This document shows, in pieces, positions 55,314 to 59,143 of a stretch of DNA of 59,143 nucleotides. Within the stretch, counting starts at the first letter, position 1; each line of letters starts with the position of its first letter. Location of the stretch: IMG/VR virus record IMGVR_UViG_3300047462_000311. One strand, 5' to 3'. Both the position numbers and the translations under genes were made by a program. The notes under the pieces are model-generated. The model worked only from the letters and a program-made list of their open reading frames with translations. It ran no database searches and was not told where the DNA came from. This stretch comes from a virus.

Positions 55314-55849
55314 GGCGTGTTCTCCTGGGGAATCAGAGCTGCGTACTGCCGCGGGAGACGCTCGACTTTCGGCCAAGGGAGCTTCACAAACAGCCACAAC
55401 CCCTTACTGGAAAGCCTAGGCGTGCCGTCCTTGTTGACCATCGGTTTCCAGCCAGCCTTACGAAAGCAGAAACCAACTATGTGCTCGCCATGCCGCTTTA
55501 TCGGCGCAGTCTTGCTCGGGTCAATGTAGGTGTAGAGTCGGTTAGGCCCCCACTCGGCGAATGCCCAGGTCTCGGCTTCGAGCAAAATATCGCTGGCCTT
55601 TCTCGGGGATTCGTTGTGAAAAATAGCGCAGTTATATCCCGTCTGGCCGTCCATGCGCATCTCTGGCCGAGGATACATCCATACGACGAGAACCGTGCCT
55701 TCGGCGTTCCTAAGCACTAGCTTTCTGCCACTGTAAGCAAACTGGCGAGCGCCCGGAGTGCGCCTCGAGTAGTGCCTGTCAGCGAGCCGCCGCATCTCGT
55801 CGTCAAAATGCGTCGTAGGGATGAGTCCCGAGGTAAATGGCAGTCTCAT
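55310..55849 (-). CDS. Conserved phage protein, XF1762-like / GNAT-like fold (179 aa)
   Basis: ADRHYSRRTPG..LVL..GYNCAIFHNES..GFCFRKAGW matches my memory of this family. Function unknown. Confidence 0.5.
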   Translation of the reverse strand: MRLPFTSGLIPTTHFDDEMRRLADRHYSRRTPGARQFAYSGRKLVLRNAEGTVLVVWMYPRPEMRMDGQTGYNCAIFHNESPRKASDILLEAETWAFAEWGPNRLYTYIDPSKTAPIKRHGEHIVGFCFRKAGWKPMVNKDGTPRLSSKGLWLFVKLPWPKVERLPRQYAALIPQENTP

Positions 55850-56277
55850 TTCGCTGGCTCAATCGGCGCATAGTGGCGCCGAAACCAGTGATCCTTGCGG
55901 CAGCGCGCGGAGCAATAGAGCTGCGTACTGCCGCGGAGACGCGGACGAAACAAATTCGCGCAGCCAGGGTGTTTGCACTGAGCGAGGCCATCCGCGAAGA
56001 GTTGCGCGAGCTCGTCTGGCGTCAAAGGGCCGCGCGCCGCGCGCGAACGCCATTTTTCGAGCGCTTTCCTGCTCTCGATCTCGCGCTTTAGTTTTTCGAG
56101 CTTGCGGTTGTCCTTGATCTTGACGGCTTCTGCCGGAGTCTGGGAAATAGAGATAGAAACGGGGGGACAAGAGTCTCTGGAGGTGTTGCTGGCCGCACCG
56201 TAGGCGTCTAGACGCCTACTGGAACGGCTTTCACCCGTCACGTACCCTAAGCTAGCCATTTTATCCGCTTGCCCCAT
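55846..56277 (-). CDS. Hypothetical protein with C-terminal Cys/His cluster (143 aa)
   Basis: CKHPGC..YCSARC. ATGA coupling to the downstream gene. Confidence 0.5.
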   Translation of the reverse strand: MGQADKMASLGYVTGESRSSRRLDAYGAASNTSRDSCPPVSISISQTPAEAVKIKDNRKLEKLKREIESRKALEKWRSRAARGPLTPDELAQLFADGLAQCKHPGCANLFRPRLRGSTQLYCSARCRKDHWFRRHYAPIEPAK

Positions 56278-56292
56278 AGTTGCCCCCTTTCC

Positions 56293-56967
56293 CTACGAAA
56301 ATCGAATCTGCCGCGCGATGAACTCCGAATATGCCGGCGGGATTGCTTGTGTAAGCTCGTACCGGGTCATCCAGTCGATGCCCATCGCATCTCGCCCCTG
56401 CTTCAACGTCCAGTAAATCTTGAATACTTTCTCCGGATGCCCAGGCGAGCAACGGCCGCCGCCGGTTCCGACGATGCAGAACAATTCGCGATTTAGGACG
56501 CATCCCTTTTTGTGCCGGATGTGCGGAGGTTGCAGAAGACAGACGGAAGACTCGAAGTAGCGATGACGAATGACCTTCAGCCCGAACATCAAACCGCAGA
56601 GACGGATTGACCCCTTGCGTAAGGGTGACCCCTCCACGTTTTGGATCACCCACGGTACGGCGAGACGTACCAACCTCTCGCGGATCGGAGTGATCAGATC
56701 GTGATGTTCCGGCCATCGCTGCTTCAATGCAGTACGGCGAAGGTTGCGCAGGACAGAAAACTTCTGACATGGCGGCGATGCCCAAATAAAGTCGTAGCCT
56801 TTCAGGTCCAGTTTCATCGCGTCCGCCTGGACGAAATCGAACGGGTAACGCTTTTGCGGGCGGATATCGACGCCGGTGATTTTGGCCTCTGGCCATGCTC
56901 TGTGCAGTCCCATTGCTGCGCCACCGGCACCGCAAAATAGATCGAGAACACGTTCTGGCCGTTTCAA
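56293..56967 (-). CDS. dcm: DNA (cytosine-5)-methyltransferase, compact (224 aa, TTG start)
   Basis: Motif I DLFCGAGG, motif IV SPPCQKFS, ENV-like IQNVEG, and QAIPP near the C-terminus. Confidence 0.8.
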   Translation of the reverse strand: MKRPERVLDLFCGAGGAAMGLHRAWPEAKITGVDIRPQKRYPFDFVQADAMKLDLKGYDFIWASPPCQKFSVLRNLRRTALKQRWPEHHDLITPIRERLVRLAVPWVIQNVEGSPLRKGSIRLCGLMFGLKVIRHRYFESSVCLLQPPHIRHKKGCVLNRELFCIVGTGGGRCSPGHPEKVFKIYWTLKQGRDAMGIDWMTRYELTQAIPPAYSEFIARQIRFS

Positions 56968-56977
56968 CGCTTCTCCC

Positions 56978-57856
56978 TCACCACAAGCGCCTCACGGGAC
57001 ACATTCTCCATGCAGCTGCGTTCAGCCATACGCGCTCTGTGCGTTTCTGGTCGCCAGTATTCGCACTGCAAAATTGCCCGCCTGTCCATTCGTGCGTGTG
57101 CCAGTCCCGATAGAGATGCTCATACATCTCTCCCGGATAACTCGACACGATCACCGCACCCTTTAATCTGTGAAGCACCTCCGCCAATTCCGCGTGCTGC
57201 TCGTCCGTCATCTCGTGCCGGTAGCGGTGCTCCGGCGTTGTGCCATTTCCAGTTTTCCGCGTGGCCATCGGATACGGCGGATCCACGTAATGCAGCGCGT
57301 CCTCCCGGTCCATTTTGACTAAAATTTCTTTTGCGTCCCGGTTCTCAATCGTCACGCCCTGCAAGCGGTCACAGAACAGCGCTATCCATTTTGGATAGTT
57401 CTTCCAATCGTGCGCTGGCGTCGTTCCGCTCCTATTTGAGTTCGAGCGGAAACCGGTACTCATCGTCCCAGCCAGCACCTTTCCGTGCGTCGTGGAAATC
57501 CGTGTGTTAAATCCCGCATGCGTGGCTTTCATCCGCGAAATCGAGTCACTCCCAAATCCCATGAAACTCCGAATGATCGTTCTGCGCGCTCGCTCGATGT
57601 CGGACCTGGCACACTTGTAGCTCAGAAAGAATTCCTCTCGCGCAAATGGCGTCAGCCGCAGCAACTCCTCCAGCCGGCCCGCCTTCTTTAGAGCCTTCGA
57701 GTCGAAGCTAATGACAGCGGTTTGTCCCTCGAGGACGGGCTCTTCGCCGCGCAGAACGGCCATGCCGCGCCGGCCCTCTTCGGTTCCGTACATGAGTCCC
57801 GAGAGCTTGGAGCGCACCGGGATAACTTCGGAATTATCGACGATTGATACAGGCAT
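56978..57856 (-). CDS. dam: DNA N6-adenine methyltransferase (D12/Dam-like)
   Basis: Catalytic YVDPPYP and FxGxG-like FMGFGS. No restriction endonuclease partner detected. Confidence 0.75.
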   Translation of the reverse strand: MPVSIVDNSEVIPVRSKLSGLMYGTEEGRRGMAVLRGEEPVLEGQTAVISFDSKALKKAGRLEELLRLTPFAREEFFLSYKCARSDIERARRTIIRSFMGFGSDSISRMKATHAGFNTRISTTHGKVLAGTMSTGFRSNSNRSGTTPAHDWKNYPKWIALFCDRLQGVTIENRDAKEILVKMDREDALHYVDPPYPMATRKTGNGTTPEHRYRHEMTDEQHAELAEVLHRLKGAVIVSSYPGEMYEHLYRDWHTHEWTGGQFCSANTGDQKRTERVWLNAAAWRMCPVRRLW

Positions 57857-58247
57857 TTTTCACCTCATTTTTTTTTCCGCGCCCCCTCAGTTTTCGCGGA
57901 TTCTTAAACGACAAAACCGATGCGAGATTGACTGGATTCTCGCCGCAGGCCCTTTCAAGGCGGCGGCGAACCAGCCATGCGGATTTCAGCGTGATGCCGA
58001 GCTCGCGGGCGAGCTCTGCAGACGTCCGATGCCTTGCGGCCAGCAGCTCGATGGCTTGCAGCCATTTTTCGAGCGGCACATGCGACCGGGCGAGGACAGT
58101 TCCGGTGCGAACCGTGAAATCAAACCGGCAGGCATTGCAGCGATAGTAGCCGTCTTTTCGGATGGTGATGCGCTCGCCGCGGCCGCAGCGCGCGCATCGG
58201 ACGCCCTCCGGCCAGCGCACTGCCTCAAGATATTCGCGCGGCGTCAT
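57834..58247 (-). CDS. IS1595-type Zn-ribbon plus HTH protein (137 aa), no transposase domain
   Basis: VRWPEGVRCARCGRGERI..YRCNACRFDFTVRTGT matches the Zn_Tnp_IS1595 N-terminal module. Followed by TSAELARELGITLKSAW. Confidence 0.6.
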   Translation of the reverse strand: MTPREYLEAVRWPEGVRCARCGRGERITIRKDGYYRCNACRFDFTVRTGTVLARSHVPLEKWLQAIELLAARHRTSAELARELGITLKSAWLVRRRLERACGENPVNLASVLSFKNPRKLRGRGKKNEVKNACINRR

Positions 58248-58462
58248 TGCTCTGCCTGCCAGGCGCGGCGGCGCTCCTGGTGGGGACGCTGCGGCTGGGG
58301 GCGATAGTCCTGCGGTCCTCGCGCCGCGTCGTGCGGCACAGGGTTGCGGCAAGGCTCGCCGCGCCGCGCTCCGCAGCGCGGGCAAGCCACTGCCGCAGTC
58401 ACGCGCTCATCCCTGGTTTTGCTGGCCAATTCGTCCTCCGATCTAACTGCATCTAACTGCAT
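58244..58462 (-). CDS. Small Zn-finger protein (72 aa; start uncertain within 10-bp tandem repeats)
   Basis: CPRCGARRGEPC. ATGA junction with the downstream gene. Confidence 0.5.
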   Translation of the reverse strand: MQLDAVRSEDELASKTRDERVTAAVACPRCGARRGEPCRNPVPHDAARGPQDYRPQPQRPHQERRRAWQAEQ

Positions 58463-58472
58463 GAAACTGCAT
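58441..58472. repeat. Three tandem 10-bp units (minus strand GCAGTT(A/T)(G/C)AT)
   Basis: atctaactgc atctaactgc atgaaactgc at, read directly. Each unit carries an ATG on the minus strand. Confidence 0.85.
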
Positions 58473-58477
58473 AACGC

Positions 58478-58621
58478 CTAGGTTTTTGCGCTCGCGTCAT
58501 CGCCTGCGGTCATTGCGCGTAAGACTGCAATTTGTCTTGTTGGCCGATGGATGATACATGGCCCAATTACCGCGCCACTCTCATCAACTACACATCCGCA
58601 CTTCCGCTCATCATAGCTCAT
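58478..58621 (-). CDS. Small Cys-containing ORF (47 aa)
   Basis: AAGGAG 6 nt upstream. MSYDERKCGCVVDESGAVIGPC... ATGA-coupled to a 14-codon mini-ORF (58618..58662). Confidence 0.35.
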   Translation of the reverse strand: MSYDERKCGCVVDESGAVIGPCIIHRPTRQIAVLRAMTAGDDASAKT

Positions 58622-58662
58622 AACCTTCTCCTTTTGCGGCCATCCGCACTTCCGCTCATCAT
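58593..58662. repeat. 22-bp direct repeat CATCCGCACTTCCGCTCATCAT x2 (58593..58614 and 58641..58662)
   Basis: Exact copies 48 nt apart. They are read in different frames by the overlapping minus-strand ORFs. Confidence 0.85.
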
Positions 58663-58892
58663 TGAATTTCCCTTACCTCGGCGGTTAAGTGCCATGTGCC
58701 GTTTGAGTTCTTCGTGATGAGGTAAGAGACGTAGTAATCCGCTAATCCGGGGTCCTTGTCGAGTGCTGTCTTTGCTCGACGGACTCGCCCATAAGCAGCT
58801 TGCCGGCTAGGGTAGTCCTTCTCGAATGGAAATCCCTCGAAGCCATACCCCGGCACCCACCGGTAACCAAGGACTCGCGTTTCTCTGTACAT
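58659..58892 (-). CDS. Hypothetical protein (77 aa)
   Basis: AAGGAG 5 nt before ATG 58892. MYRETRVLGYRWVPGYGFEGFPFEKDY.. Confidence 0.55.
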   Translation of the reverse strand: MYRETRVLGYRWVPGYGFEGFPFEKDYPSRQAAYGRVRRAKTALDKDPGLADYYVSYLITKNSNGTWHLTAEVREIQ

Positions 58893-58959
58893 TTTTGCTC
58901 CTTTTCCATCGGTCACTTCGCCAGACTCGCGTTGAGTTTTCTGACTTAGGACTCGTCAG

Positions 58960-59000
58960 CGCGAGTAATACTCGCGGACGCGATAGTGCAGCTATCGCGT
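58960..59000. promoter_or_regulatory. Two adjacent perfect palindromes/hairpins
   Basis: CGCGAGTA-A-TACTCGCG (58960..58976) and ACGCGATAG-TGCAG-CTATCGCGT (58978..59000). The second covers the stop codon of the junction gene. Confidence 0.5.
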
Positions 59001-59143
59001 TTCGTCCTCTGAGGGGAGCTCGAATGTGACTGTGTCGTGCTCGCCTGGATTCCTCTGCCGTCCCACTGACACCTTCGTGCGGATGAGTCCGCAATGCTTG
59101 CAGTGAGAGCGAGACGAGTATCGCGTCCCACCGAGAGCATAGA
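58992..59143 (-). CDS. C-terminal part of the junction-spanning 79-aa Zn-ribbon protein (see 1..215)
   Basis: Frame carried from ATG 215 through position 1 into 59016. Ends ..FELPSEDETR with TAG at 58994..58992. Confidence 0.6.
   Translation of the reverse strand, partial: YALGGTRYSSRSHCKHCGLIRTKVSVGRQRNPGEHDTVTFELPSEDETR
59017..59143. repeat. Terminal overlap, copy at window end (identical to 1..127)
   Basis: Same comparison. The preceding base (g59016) differs from the base before the internal copy (t54411). Confidence 0.95.

Larger units (their letters stand above)
1..59143. mobile_element. Complete circularly permuted temperate tailed-phage genome (podovirus-like gene order); unit length 59,016 bp plus 127-nt end overlap
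   Basis: Exact end overlap. Contains terminase, portal, scaffold, capsid, ejection proteins, fibres, lysis, integrase, switch and replication modules. No recognisable host housekeeping genes. Confidence 0.85.

Noticed and set aside
1-59143. Integrated prophage with host flanks / att direct repeats at the window ends
   Set aside because: The end repeat is exactly 127 nt, lies inside a coding sequence that reads through the junction, and no host genes are present. This is consistent with a circular assembly rather than attL/attR.

Overview
The window is a complete, circularly permuted genome of a temperate, podovirus-like tailed dsDNA phage. The last 127 nt (59017..59143) exactly repeat the first 127 nt, giving a 59,016-bp unit with no host flanks.

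Gene order:
- Rightward late unit (about 364..40468): near-consensus promoter, tRNA-Trp, small and large terminase, and portal. Next come an inserted glycosyltransferase / radical-SAM / methyltransferase operon ending in two secreted proteins, a divergent initiator-like tRNA(CAU), scaffold, and an SU10/DUF5309-like major capsid protein.
- The late unit continues with a second glycosyltransferase, adaptor and nozzle candidates, and three internal/ejection proteins (one of 1,588 aa). It ends with six consecutive receptor-binding or depolymerase-like proteins that all begin with Sec-type signal peptides, then a holin-like protein, an SLT endolysin and a metallophosphoesterase.
- Lysogeny region: tyrosine integrase with a candidate attP, a leftward two-gene lysogeny unit, and a divergent-promoter switch packed with CACAC/GTGTG palindromes.
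- Rightward early/replication operon: SSB-tailed annealing-like protein, Cas4-like nuclease, iteron-bearing initiator, DnaB, HNH and a resolvase-like protein.
- A promoter-driven moron-like cluster: membrane protein, lipoprotein, papain-like peptidase.
- A leftward block rich in Zn-ribbon proteins with orphan Dam and Dcm methyltransferases. This block crosses the circular junction.

The host is probably a Gram-negative, Acidobacteriota-like bacterium. This is inferred from the AxA-Q signal peptides, the choice-of-anchor-D-like domains and the moderately high GC.

All functional calls rest on motifs recognised by eye; no database or structure searches were run. The supplied ORF track renders GTG/TTG starts as M, and several starts were re-set from RBS and overlap logic.
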